From positions 248,001 through 312,000 of the forward strand of contig OX337229.1 of the NCBI GenBank assembly GCA_946965045.2: a stretch of DNA of 64,000 nucleotides, given 5' to 3'. The notes under the pieces are model-generated. The model searched no databases. It saw nothing but the letters and a program-made list of their open reading frames with translations, and was not told where the DNA came from. The translations under genes were made by a program, and so were the position numbers. Below are positions 46,206-57,215 of the stretch, one piece after another (the stretch's first letter is position 1; the number at the start of each line of letters is the position of its first letter). This stretch comes from Epithemia pelagica (lineage: Eukaryota > Protista > Bacillariophyta).

Positions 46206-47155
46206 CGACCACGACTCCTTCGCATGCACCGACATTTCCTCCTACCATGCTTCCCAGTCAAACGCCCAGTACCTCCCCCTCGTGGCAACCCACCACCAGT
46301 CCCAGTACTGTCCCTTCGTACGTACCTTCCTGGCACCCCTCCAACCAACCAAGTGTTGGACCCAGCATGATTCCATCCACTCCATCCACTCACAGTTCTC
46401 GTCCGAACACGACTCCCTCGCACACGCCCACTCGAACACAACCTACAATGGTTCCCAGCCATTCACCATCCACAATTCCCAGCACGGGACCTTCGTTTAC
46501 GTCCCGGTTGGTGGACGACCCAGAACCACCACCCACAAAATCTCCCACCACCGATTCTCCTTCCATGCTGCCCAGTATGGCTCCTTCGTTGCCAATGACT
46601 CCCACAACATCTCCTACAACCACACCAACCCTTTCACCGACCACCTCCTCTCCATCCTCATCCCTTCCCACTCCTGTCGATTCGACCACGACCAACGCGG
46701 CAGCCTCGACACGGACGGTACCGGACGAACCATCCTTTTTGCGTCGAGACAGTACCACCCTGGGAGGAGCGGCCGCCATTGCCGGAGGCGTGATGGTGGC
46801 CGTCCTCCTCATACCTCTTGTGTTGGTACTCTATCGACGACGACAAGAACAACAACGACAAGCAGCTGCCGCCGCCTCCAAAGCACGGGACGCTGCTGCC
46901 TTGCGTCCCGAACAACCCCAACAACATACAATTGAATTTGCCAGCGACGACCCCGACGAGGATGATGGAACCGTCAAGAACATTAGCACCATGGCGTGGG
47001 GGACCATTCCACTGGAGGACACGAATGACGACATGAACAATACGGAACAGCATCCACAAAACGAAGAAAACGAAGGAGAACTCATGGTGGACGATGCAAC
47101 CTGGGCCATGTTTGGCGGTGGTGCCGCGGTACCCGAACCAGAATCACTCCTCTAA
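46206..47155 (+). CDS. 5'-truncated mucin-stalk (Pro/Thr/Ser) type I membrane protein
   Basis: PTS repeats, TM LGGAAAIAGGVMVAVLLIPLVLVLY followed by RRRQ, acidic tail. No signal peptide or ATG; begins at the junction with the kinase fragment. Confidence 0.7.
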
Positions 47156-47947
47156 CACAATGCGACGGTAGTTTGCTGGTTGGTTACGGCCGTGAAACAA
47201 ACGACACACCATTTCCACCACAGAATCCTTTCACCAACTTTTTTTCCGTGGATGGATACGGATGCCAACCAACACAAGACAAAAAAAAACAACCAACACG
47301 CAATCCGGGACCATCGACCCTTGGCTATATTATTGATGATTTAGGATGCATTCCTTGACTCGCATAAAGACAAAAGGTCACGGCACGCCAAAGGGAAGGC
47401 ATCTTGTCGTCGTCTCGGACGTGGTCGCTATCTCTATTCTACTGCACTATTTTATAGCTTGTGTGCAGCGAAACAACGTGACCGCATACACAGAGAGACT
47501 CTTTATAGACAGAGCTAAACTAGAAGCACTCTTCACTATATAATAAATCGGGAATGCTTCTTGTACCGATCACAACAACAACATCCACACGGATTTTGGA
47601 ATGACCTTGAAACGTTCCGCATGGTATGATAGTGAGTCGGAACGAGGAGCAATTCATACAAACATGGGCCTGTAACGTTAGTCCATCTGTTTGAGTTCGA
47701 CACTGTTGTTTTGCGTACGAAACCTCTTCTCTGAGAGAACCTTGGCACACTTACCGAAAGCCCTCACCTGTTATACCGCACCAGGAACCAATGGTTGGGA
47801 AAATGTGCTGACAGCTGATTGATGTACGAGTAGGTGGTCGCCTCGTGCGCATTCCGAACAGGAAGCCAACTCCAGGTTTGGGGTTTGGTCCGGCGCCATT
47901 TCCTGTCATTCCCACATCCTTGTATTGCCTTTCGCGCGGCTCGCGCT

Positions 47948-47969
47948 CGCGGGGGACAGAGCCCCCGCG
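47948..47969. other. GC-rich perfect stem-loop cgcggggg-acagag-cccccgcg
   Basis: 8-bp perfect stem with 6-nt loop in the intergenic region between two membrane-protein genes. Confidence 0.6.
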
Positions 47970-48409
47970 CCCAACGAAAATCCCACTCCAGTTCCACGAG
48001 GACCAACCAGACACGTGTGTCCCACAAAAAATCCTTTAAGCGAGAAGCCAACCGGGATTTCGAGTTTTGGATCGTATAGTATTCCTTCTATTCCTCGTAA
48101 GCAGGATCGGCGGTGGTTCTCCTGGTTGCTGCTGGACTGTGAAGAAAGAGAGAGAGAGAGAGTTATCTTTTATTGGGCATCTTTCCGATTGTTGGGTTTG
48201 AGAAAGAGCAATCTACGTGTCATCCTTTGGGCACCGGCTCATTTTCACACGTGGTGTCCAACAAACGGCTTGGTGGAAAAAAAGACTTGGCGACGGCGAC
48301 AGTCTGTGATACTTTGAGTTGTCCTCAAGCAATCGTGTCAAGGCACAAATCTGCTTGACGTCGTTGCAGTCCAGAGTGACACACTTGTTGTGGAGAGTGG
48401 CGTCTCTCA

Positions 48410-49867
48410 TTGTTGGAACCTTCCGTACGATTGGCCATGGCGACCGTCCCACCCTTGTACGGGGTTTATATTGACTACATCTCGTTGGAACTGATTCAAT
48501 ACATTGATATTCCCTGCAACGTCAACTATGCTCAAACCGTTCGCAATGAAGCCGAAAATGTCTTGGAAGGCTTTGCCATGTTTGACTGCAATTTGGGTGT
48601 CACAGTCTACAATGTCACATTGAATCGACAAGGCTGTGATCCCCTGGACGACACGACGGTGCACATTTTTGGTGGCACGCTCTTTGTGCAAGAAAAGAAC
48701 AACAAGGAACCGCACTTGGAACCGTGGGAGTTTCACGATTGCATCAATTTGGCCATGAATTCCAACGAGTTGGTTCGCGAAGTGGCCTTTGAGTTTCCCT
48801 TTGTCGTGAATATTACCTATACACCCCTGCAAACACCGTCGGACAGTCCTTCGCAATCCAGAGGACCAAGCGTGGCGCCATCCACATTGCCGACCCTTTC
48901 CAGTGTACCCAGTACTCGTCCCTCCTCCTGGCCTTCGCCGTCTCCCTCGCTCATTCAAAACATTGGTGGTGGCACCGATTCCCCCACCCCGACACCGACC
49001 CTGCATCCAACCTCTCCCGTGCCATTTGAGTTTCCCTTTGTCGTGAATATTACCTATACACCCCTGCAAACACCGTCGGACAGTCCTTCGCAATCCAGAG
49101 GACCAAGCGTGGCGCCATCCACATTGCCGACCCTTTACAGTGTACCCAGTACTCGTCCCTCCTCCGGGCCTTCGCCGTCTCCCTCGCTCATTCAAAACAT
49201 TGGTGGTGGCACCGATTCCCCCACCCCGACACCGACCCTGCGTCCAACCACTGCCATGCCATTCTCCGTGGCACCAACCGTTGCACCGACAGGGGGTATG
49301 CCCACCATCACGAGGTCTCCTTCGCTTTCACCCACACGACTCGACGAACGACCCGATTTTTCGCAAATTGTCGACGATCGAAATCGTGGCAATGACGACG
49401 ACAATGATGGCCTTCCCCGCTATGGCCTGGTCCTGATCGTGTTGGGACTCCTCATATTCCTGTGGATGCTCTGCTGTTTGTGGTGGAACCGTCGAGCGCT
49501 CTTTCTTCGGCACGACGAACGTGACCAAGGAGACATTTTGGATTACGATCAAGAACGTCGTCGTGGTTTGCCGGAACAGGCACCTGCGGAATATGCCTCG
49601 AAAGAATCCACCTCCCAATCGTCCATGCAAATCTTGGACATTGCCACTTCTGATGACGACGACGACGAAGAACACGAGCCCTATTCGTATTACAATGACC
49701 CATCCTATTATGATCCAGATCCACAAGAATATCATCATGAACATCATCATCATCATATGGATGCGCATTCGTTGGTCACGGGTCGCTGGTTTGACGATGT
49801 GTCTCAATTGGAGGACCCATCGATTCCTTCCGTCCCATCCGGACTGTCCTCGGGTGTATCGTCGTGA
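48410..49867 (+). CDS. Type I membrane protein: Cys-containing ectodomain, duplicated PTS stalk, TM, acidic/His tail (5' end uncertain)
   Basis: IDIPCNVNYAQTVRNEAE domain; 79-aa stalk present twice; TM YGLVLIVLGLLIFLWMLCCLWW then NRR; tail ending FDDVSQLEDPSI. In-frame stop at 48377, so the leader is missing or frameshifted. Confidence 0.8.
   Translation: MLEPSVRLAMATVPPLYGVYIDYISLELIQYIDIPCNVNYAQTVRNEAENVLEGFAMFDCNLGVTVYNVTLNRQGCDPLDDTTVHIFGGTLFVQEKNNKEPHLEPWEFHDCINLAMNSNELVREVAFEFPFVVNITYTPLQTPSDSPSQSRGPSVAPSTLPTLSSVPSTRPSSWPSPSPSLIQNIGGGTDSPTPTPTLHPTSPVPFEFPFVVNITYTPLQTPSDSPSQSRGPSVAPSTLPTLYSVPSTRPSSGPSPSPSLIQNIGGGTDSPTPTPTLRPTTAMPFSVAPTVAPTGGMPTITRSPSLSPTRLDERPDFSQIVDDRNRGNDDDNDGLPRYGLVLIVLGLLIFLWMLCCLWWNRRALFLRHDERDQGDILDYDQERRRGLPEQAPAEYASKESTSQSSMQILDIATSDDDDDEEHEPYSYYNDPSYYDPDPQEYHHEHHHHHMDAHSLVTGRWFDDVSQLEDPSIPSVPSGLSSGVSS
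48788..49249. repeat. In-frame 237-bp tandem duplication (79 aa)
   Basis: 48788-49012 vs 49025-49249; only 3 substitutions seen (tcc/tac, tgg/ggg, cat/cgt). Confidence 0.95.
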
Positions 49868-51243
49868 TAATTATTGTTATATGTCCAAGTATTCAAAACA
49901 CGACAAGAAGGCATTGTGCCTCAGCCTTTGGTTTATGAAACCCATCAACAGAACGAATGGAATGGATTATACCTTGGCGTCGTCTCTCCTGGAACATTCC
50001 TTGTTCCGTAACAACAACAAGAGCAAGGATGAATCCGACCATGAAATCGATGTGGAGAAGACAAACTGGACGGGAAGAAGAGAATCATCACTCAAAGCAG
50101 TAGGTATTTCTTTGGAGACGATACCAGAATAAAAGTCATCCGGTCCATTGTGTCCGCTGCATGCATAGTTGACTTGTGTGTGTCGTCTGCCATTCGACAA
50201 ACGCCACTGTTCACGTGTCAAGCATGTCCATAATGACTGGATCACAAAACACTGGAGACTTGTCACACGTTATGATCCTCCGAGAGGATGAGAGTGTTTT
50301 GGAGGCCCGTCCTTGGCATCTTGGGGTACCTCACGGCACGTGTCAAACCTAACGGTGTGGTACCTATTATCAATGGAAAAGTCCTATGGAGACTGCGACT
50401 CTGGATAGTACAACTGGCCGCGTTTGCCGAACTGTAAAGAAATACCAAACTGCAACAAAACGCTGCTTCCACTTTCTAGTTCTATATTATCTAGTTTCGT
50501 ATGCACGTAGTAGGTTCGGTCCAAATGAACACTTCTTCTTGGCAGTTTCTAGAAATTTGCGCGTTCCAAATCACGACGACAAAGATGACGGTAGGATCTG
50601 GGGAACCCGCAGCATTCTCTTGGACGCCATACTAAAAATATGGGGACCATCATCATCTGATGGCCAAAGATTCTCTCGTCCGTCGTCGATCCTCGACGGG
50701 CGTGTGGGCGTGGGAGCATTGCGAAAGTTCCGTACGATCGCGCGCGGGACCCGTGTCCCAACAACAGACACATTATACTAGCAAGTACTACATGCGACGG
50801 GACCACGACTTGCGAGGAGGAAGTGTCTTTGCATTTAACACTACCACGAGTGGCCATAAATCGGGGCACGCGCAGCCGAAAAAATGAGTGGCGCCGCGCG
50901 CCGCACCAAAATCGAGTGGGCAAGTCCCACAAAGCAACCCCAAGTTTTCCAAATCACACACGACTATTTGCAGGACGAGCAGACCACAACGAATTGCAGT
51001 CTCCACCATCCTCTCTCTGGACGGGTCAACAACCACAACAACAACGAGAAGAGGAAGGACACGACACCGAGCCAATCGACAGTTCTACAAACTCGAGCAT
51101 CCTCTCTCGATCTCTCTCTCTTGCTCTGTTACTTGTTACATACAACGCAGTACCTACCTCTACTTGACTGAAACGAGCAATGAATGTATGATAGAATAAA
51201 CATCTCATCCCAAACAAAACAACCAAAACATTCCACACATAAA

Positions 51244-54024
51244 ATGTCCATCTTTAGCAATCCACAGTCCTGCCAACAAAGACGAAGAAGACTCCAGCAG
51301 CGATCCCTGCCGCACCTCCTTCAGAAGGACGAGGCCATCACTACGGAGGTGCGATCCAGGACGTGCCACACAGTACGAACCACTCCCACCACTGGTCGTT
51401 ACCATGCGACGAGGAGGATCGTTTGGCAGCGGCTCCTGCTGTTATTAGTGGTGGGCCTCTCCGTGTCTCCCAGTTGGGCCCATTCCAGAACCGTCACCTC
51501 CTCCTCTTCCGCACAGCGGCAAGAACAAGACGAACAACACCTGGAAGGAGAACCAGGCACCCCCTTCTTGTCCAACAACGTACTTGTACACCGTGCAACG
51601 AACGAAGTGCAAAGCACGACGACCACCTTGCCCAGTGTCTGGATTGACGTGGTGCAAGGCATTGATTTGCAGTGCGTTCCCAATTATGCCCGCACCATTG
51701 GCAATGCCGCCGAGCCGGTGATTCAAAAGTATTTTACCAACCCCAATTACTGTGCGTCCTCCATTGCGGGATGGGACACGACAAGTGTCAGTATTGCAAG
51801 TGTCACGACCGCCTCCGCCGCCACGTGTGTCGATGCTCCTTTGACCGACAATACCGTGCGCATTCAATATCAAGTCTCCACCCTTTCGTATACGACAACC
51901 ACCAGCAGCTCGACTTTGACTGAAGTATTCTCCTCGGTTCAGATGCAAGAGTGTTTGCGACAAGCGTGGGAATCGACCGACTTGTTGACCCAAATTAAAC
52001 AATCCTACTTGTGGATTACCCAATTTCAAGTGGTACAATTTGTCGACGTTCCCACCGCCGCGCCGTCCACCTCGCCATCCATGGTACCGACTCGGTCCTT
52101 GGCGCCATCGGTACCACCCACCCTGTCGGGGCAGCCTTCGAGCACTCCCACCACCACGACGGTTCCCAGTTCCAGACCGTCCATGAGTCCTTCGTTGCGA
52201 CCTTCCTCGGGGCCGACACTGGCTCCCGTGGATCGCAGTACAGTGATTGAATCGTCCACACGGTCCACTCCCAGTACAGCGGTTGGTGCAACGGGTGATT
52301 CGTCTTCCAATTCCGGTATGCTGGCCTGGATGGCCATTGTGGGAGGAACACTCGTGGTCGTGGGTCTGGTCGTGATTGTCTTTGTGGCACGACAACGACG
52401 ACAAAACCAAACCTTGGACGACCACCCAAACGATACCACCAAACGCCAAAAAAAGAATTCTCCCCAATGGTGGTTGGCCTTGGACGAAACCGGAGTGGAG
52501 CACGACTTGGATCCAGACTTGGTCGACGATGCCGCACTACGGCGACGAGGGTTGCGATGCGGTCCCAACCATGGTAAGAAACAACGCAATAAGGGTCCGA
52601 CCATTATTCAAGACGTTGATCGAGACTCGGACGACGACGATGGGTTTGATGTCAAGGATAGTACCACGACTCCTCCTCACACTCGAAACCACCCAGTCAT
52701 GAAACGACGCCACCACAAGAATGCCTATGCCGATTTGGAACATCTAACGGAGGAGGATGACGACGACGAAGAAGGACGCCGGACGCCCTTGGGCATCTTG
52801 CCACCTTCCTGTTTGTCCTCGTCGTCGTCGTCTCCGTTTGCCGTGGACAAGAAGAAAACGACAAAACAAGCATCCTCCCCATCGCCACCGCCACCAGCCA
52901 CCACATCTCCAACCACCACCACCATGAGTGCCTGGGCAGCCTCGACGGGAATTTTGGATCAAACGGGGGAAACCGCACCCGGATTTGATGAAGATGATGA
53001 GGATGACAGTACAAATGACAGTCATGAGGACGAGGATACAAATAATTCCAAGAATGACAATGTCGTGGTGATTCTACCCGTCTCCAAGTCCTATCATTCC
53101 TCTCAGGAAGGGGGAGGAGGAGGAGGAGGAGAATCCTCCACCATTGTCTTTACCACAACGACTTCCAATGCCTCCCGAGACAAGGACGACGACAATGATG
53201 ATGACGATGATGATGACGATGATTCGGATATCCTGGACACTACAGCTTCTCGACACAGCAATCCCTATTATAACACCAATAGAAGTCATGGCCCTACTAC
53301 CAACGAAAACAGCCACAACAAGGAGAGCAATCCTCATACCAGTTTCTTGTCCAATTTTCTCTTTTGGAATCCTCCTCCACCCCCTCCACCGCCTCCGACG
53401 CTCTTGACGGGCATGGAAATTCAAATACAACCACCGCCAATGGATCATGATCCGCAAGGAATGGGCGTGGAAGCACGACCGGCCGTCATTTCCCCACTCT
53501 TGGTACCCGAAATTCCCTCGCTCTTGCCTTCCACCATTGCCGAAGAAGACGAAAAGGAGGAAGAGGATGAGGACGAAGAAGTGGCGTCCTCGGCCAATCC
53601 GAGTCGAACTGCAACAACAGGGACACCCACCACGGGAGGAGGGAGTCGGACCAATCCGCGTCGTGTGCGCCAGGAGTTGCCGCACACGACGACGACGACA
53701 ACGAGCACTACTCCTAGTACTTCCACACACACACCATTTCGTAGGTCCACAACCGTGGATGCCATTTTGGCCGACTTGGAGGAAGAACAAAGTTCGAGTA
53801 CGACATCCAGTCGTCGCCGTGGTTGTGTCCCTACACACGACAAATCACACCAGCACCATTCTGCGAATTCTACAACTACAACTACGACCAGCCGAATGCG
53901 CAACTCGAGTACCACCCAACAACGGCCACCAGCGACACGGAATGAAGAATCCTCGACTCTTTCCGTCCAGGCAGCCATTTCCAAATTCAACAACTTTGCC
54001 TTTCCAACGTCATCCTCCTCGTGA
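51244..54024 (+). CDS. Type I membrane protein: signal-like leader, same Cys ectodomain, PTS stalk, TM, ~520-aa acidic disordered cytoplasmic tail
   Basis: RLLLLLVVGLSVSPSWA|HS; IDLQCVPNYARTIGNAAE; TM MLAWMAIVGGTLVVVGLVVIVFVA then RQRRQ. ATG 51244 within ORF 51184..54024. Confidence 0.85.
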   Translation: MSIFSNPQSCQQRRRRLQQRSLPHLLQKDEAITTEVRSRTCHTVRTTPTTGRYHATRRIVWQRLLLLLVVGLSVSPSWAHSRTVTSSSSAQRQEQDEQHLEGEPGTPFLSNNVLVHRATNEVQSTTTTLPSVWIDVVQGIDLQCVPNYARTIGNAAEPVIQKYFTNPNYCASSIAGWDTTSVSIASVTTASAATCVDAPLTDNTVRIQYQVSTLSYTTTTSSSTLTEVFSSVQMQECLRQAWESTDLLTQIKQSYLWITQFQVVQFVDVPTAAPSTSPSMVPTRSLAPSVPPTLSGQPSSTPTTTTVPSSRPSMSPSLRPSSGPTLAPVDRSTVIESSTRSTPSTAVGATGDSSSNSGMLAWMAIVGGTLVVVGLVVIVFVARQRRQNQTLDDHPNDTTKRQKKNSPQWWLALDETGVEHDLDPDLVDDAALRRRGLRCGPNHGKKQRNKGPTIIQDVDRDSDDDDGFDVKDSTTTPPHTRNHPVMKRRHHKNAYADLEHLTEEDDDDEEGRRTPLGILPPSCLSSSSSSPFAVDKKKTTKQASSPSPPPPATTSPTTTTMSAWAASTGILDQTGETAPGFDEDDEDDSTNDSHEDEDTNNSKNDNVVVILPVSKSYHSSQEGGGGGGGESSTIVFTTTTSNASRDKDDDNDDDDDDDDDSDILDTTASRHSNPYYNTNRSHGPTTNENSHNKESNPHTSFLSNFLFWNPPPPPPPPPTLLTGMEIQIQPPPMDHDPQGMGVEARPAVISPLLVPEIPSLLPSTIAEEDEKEEEDEDEEVASSANPSRTATTGTPTTGGGSRTNPRRVRQELPHTTTTTTSTTPSTSTHTPFRRSTTVDAILADLEEEQSSSTTSSRRRGCVPTHDKSHQHHSANSTTTTTTSRMRNSSTTQQRPPATRNEESSTLSVQAAISKFNNFAFPTSSSS

Positions 54025-55676
54025 TTGGAATGAATGAATGGGATCGCAAGAATTAACAAATGTTTCAAACTTTACTAACTGTACACTTTGTGGATTTCCC
54101 CTTGTTGATAACGTGGTAGCATCTGTGATTGTTGTTTGTGGGTCTCAGTTTTTTGTCCAGGATACCACAATATCCCGTAGTGCTCTGGTTTCCTGAGAAA
54201 CTCTGGACCGTCCCTCTCTGTATTAGGTTTCTAGAGTAGCATTACTGTAGCGTTATTACGATAGTATGCCAAAACCTCTCATCATCCATCCAATAGAGAA
54301 CGACAGACCAACGCATCTCCAAACTACGATGCCCTCCATTCAATGTCTACTACAATAGGCATCATGGTCTGTAATGTCTCTTAGTAGTGGTGGGAGAGTC
54401 CGACAACAGCAATCGGTTCGACGAGGAGCCGTGCCTCGTTCTGTGTGTGTGCCACGAACATGAAGAATGTGTGGATCCATCCATTGTTTTTCTATTAGTT
54501 TCGTTCCTCTGCCATGCAGAACGTTTCTCGTCCCCAAAGCCTTGTTTCTTCTTCTCCATTCGCTTGCAATGGATGGACGCGGTGGCGGAACCAAACCCGT
54601 CGATTTGGTTCCCACAACAACACGACACCAATACGACCGGCAACGGAGAAAGATGCGCGCGCAAAGGAGAGAAGAGGGACAGCGGACCGAATGAATGGAT
54701 GACAAGAGTCGGCCCCCGATTGATCGTGAAGAAGAGTGTTTCCTCTCTCTACTACGGCAATATAGAATATAGACTCTAGTAGATATGTAGTTAGTGCACA
54801 GAGTAAGAAAGAGAGCGCGGCATGGGTTCCGCAACAGACCTCTGTTGTTGGGAGAGAGTGTTTCGATTCCATCTGGAATCTCTGGTATCCAATGACACCA
54901 TCCACAAACGGATGAGAAGGAATGACCACGATCCATCTGTATCGCTCGCCACTCATATTGTTAGGTCAATTGTATCTTTCGTTGGAGCCATCTTGTGACT
55001 TTGGAGGTGGTGGAAGCTTGAAGTTGGATGATCACCCACTCTATCTACGAGTAGATGCCGCATGAAGGAACCATTCAGCGAGTTGAGGAGAGGAAAGAAA
55101 ACCAGAAAACAATCTTGAGTGGGCGTGATAATCACCGGATTGATCCATCTGCTTTTTTGGATGTGGTGGTACATCCTTTTTTGCATCACCAAAGGTTTCC
55201 TTGTTTCTCTCTCTCTCCCCATGATGCACCCAGCAAGAGATCTTGTGGCGTGTGAGCAAATGGCAAAATGTGAGCGAGAAAGAAAAACAATGCCCTCCAT
55301 TCTGGGTGTCTGTGTCTCATTCTCACATCCCGTTTGGGAATGGGGGACATCTGTCTTCGTGCGTGTGTCTTCTTGGAGTGGTCTTGTCATTGTTGTCGTG
55401 GGGGAGTCTAACGGGACACGTGCGCCGCTGGTACAAATCCGAACCATTGTGGTTTCTTTCTTTCTTTGTTGACTGGATTCCTTCCGGTGTTCCGGACAAT
55501 TGATTAGGTACTCCCGATTAACCACACCCAGTTTTTTGGCACCAGTGGTCTGCCTGTCACCTCTTTCATGGTCCGTCCTTAATCGGGAGTTAGGTGTACA
55601 ATACGACGACGACACGAACACGAAACACTTTCGGTACTCTGCCGATAAGTCTGGAAAACATCCAACGCATGGTTCG

Positions 55677-56624
55677 TAGAGGTGGCTCCAGCGGTAAGCG
55701 GACGCGCAGATCCAGCGCTGGTGCTCCAGCGCTGGAGAAACTCCAGCAGAGATTTTCTGTTGCGAGAAAAGAGCGCTACATTGGTCGCCGTTCGCTGTGA
55801 CTGTTGCCGGTTGCATGTCATTCATTTGCTCCGCTCTGGTCATTGCTGACCCTGTGTCATTCATTTGCTCCACACTGCCTTCCACAATGTCTGATTACAA
55901 TGATGATGATGACTCATCAAAGGTGGAAGAGCTTGATATGGATGGCACTTCGAAGGCCACGCAGAAAAAGAAGGTTCTCTCGGATGGATACAACAGGCCA
56001 CCCATCATTGTATCATACGGAGGAGAGGATATTGATGTAACCCAAAAGTATAAAAAGCTGAGACTGAAATTGAAGTTAGTGACACACTAGGAAATATCCT
56101 GGAAAATGAAGACAGTGACGGAGAAGAAATGACGAGCTATGCGGGTCATGTTCCATTTCAAACCATCTGCCATCTTGAAATGGATAGGTTTCGTAGATCC
56201 AAGGGACTCAAGTTGTCATATAAAGTCAATGATACAACAAGATTCACGGATCCTTTGGCGTCATGGTGGAAGATGAAAGTAAGTGAATTTCCCAACATTT
56301 GGCGCCTAGCAAGAAAATTTGCGTTGCCTGCGACTGCTGCCTCTTCTGAACGGGCATTCAGTATTGCAGGACTGATCATACCTGCGAAACAAGCATCACT
56401 GGACCCTTCCACCGTTACAGATTTACATTTTTTACGTGAGAATTGGGAACATGTGTTCTCACCATAAGATAGATACACTAGGAGTAGCTTCTAGCTAAGC
56501 ATTTTCATTCTGGTAGCATGGGTAGTCTATTCTCCAGCTGGAGGCGCTCACCTAGCTCCAGCAGAGACGTCTCCAGCGCTTACCTAGCTCCAGCAGAGAT
56601 GAGCTGTTGCTGGAGCCACCTCTA
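55677..56624 (+). mobile_element. Non-autonomous (internally deleted) hAT DNA transposon, 948 bp
   Basis: Perfect 16-bp TIRs tagaggtggctccagc (55677-55692) / gctggagccacctcta (56609-56624); perfect 8-bp TSD ATGGTTCG (55669-55676, 56625-56632); many subterminal CTCCAGC repeats. Confidence 0.97.
55887..56467 (+). pseudogene. hAT transposase remnant (N-terminal stub fused to the C-terminal dimerisation domain)
   Basis: DPLASWWKMKVSEFPNIWRLARKFALPATAASSERAFSIAGLII...LDPSTVTDLHFLREN matches the hAT dimerisation-domain consensus; catalytic DDE core absent. Confidence 0.92.
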
Positions 56625-57215
56625 ATGGTTCGGATTTGTGCACCAAAAGAAAGAACGCTCTTACCATGACGTCATAAGGACCAGGGGGTGTCCGTGTCGG
56701 AGGACCGTCGCACGAGGTGCGAACCGAGACTCGGAAGCAATTTTGGCTTTTGGATGACGCATGCTTGTCTCAAATCAAGTGCCAGAGTTCTCATTTCGAC
56801 CATTAGAAGAGCGGGAGAAGTGCGTCTCCTGCTGCCACTACGGCTGCCACCAACCACCTGACACCACCAATAATAGCAAAAATTGATTGAGATCATCGCA
56901 ACGCCAATGGTGTGTGACCTTTCCTGAACCCACTCAAAGAACACACCCCATCATCGTATCTCTCCACAAACACACCATTTGTGTTTCTATTTTCGTTATT
57001 TTTTTCTCTCCTTATTGTCTCCTCTCTTCGCCTCACTACATCGTCTTCTTCCTCATTCATTGAAGCAACAACCACAGCAAGCTACACAAGTTTAGATTGA
57101 TTGTTCACTCTTATTGATCGTGAACGCTTCATTTCAGTTGGCTTCGTTTCTTGATTGTAGATCATCTCAAAAGTCTTCCACCTACCAAACGCAACGACCC
57201 TCATACACTACCACC

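Noticed and set aside
47751-48100. tRNA or other structured RNA
   Set aside because: No cloverleaf, T-loop GTTCRA or acceptor stem could be built; only one short hairpin.
51445-54068. Minus-strand ORFs of 190-350 aa
   Set aside because: Antisense to low-complexity coding sequence of the membrane-protein gene.
54953-55885. 310-aa minus-strand ORF
   Set aside because: Crosses the hAT left TIR into flanking DNA, so it is a chance fusion; no domain motifs.
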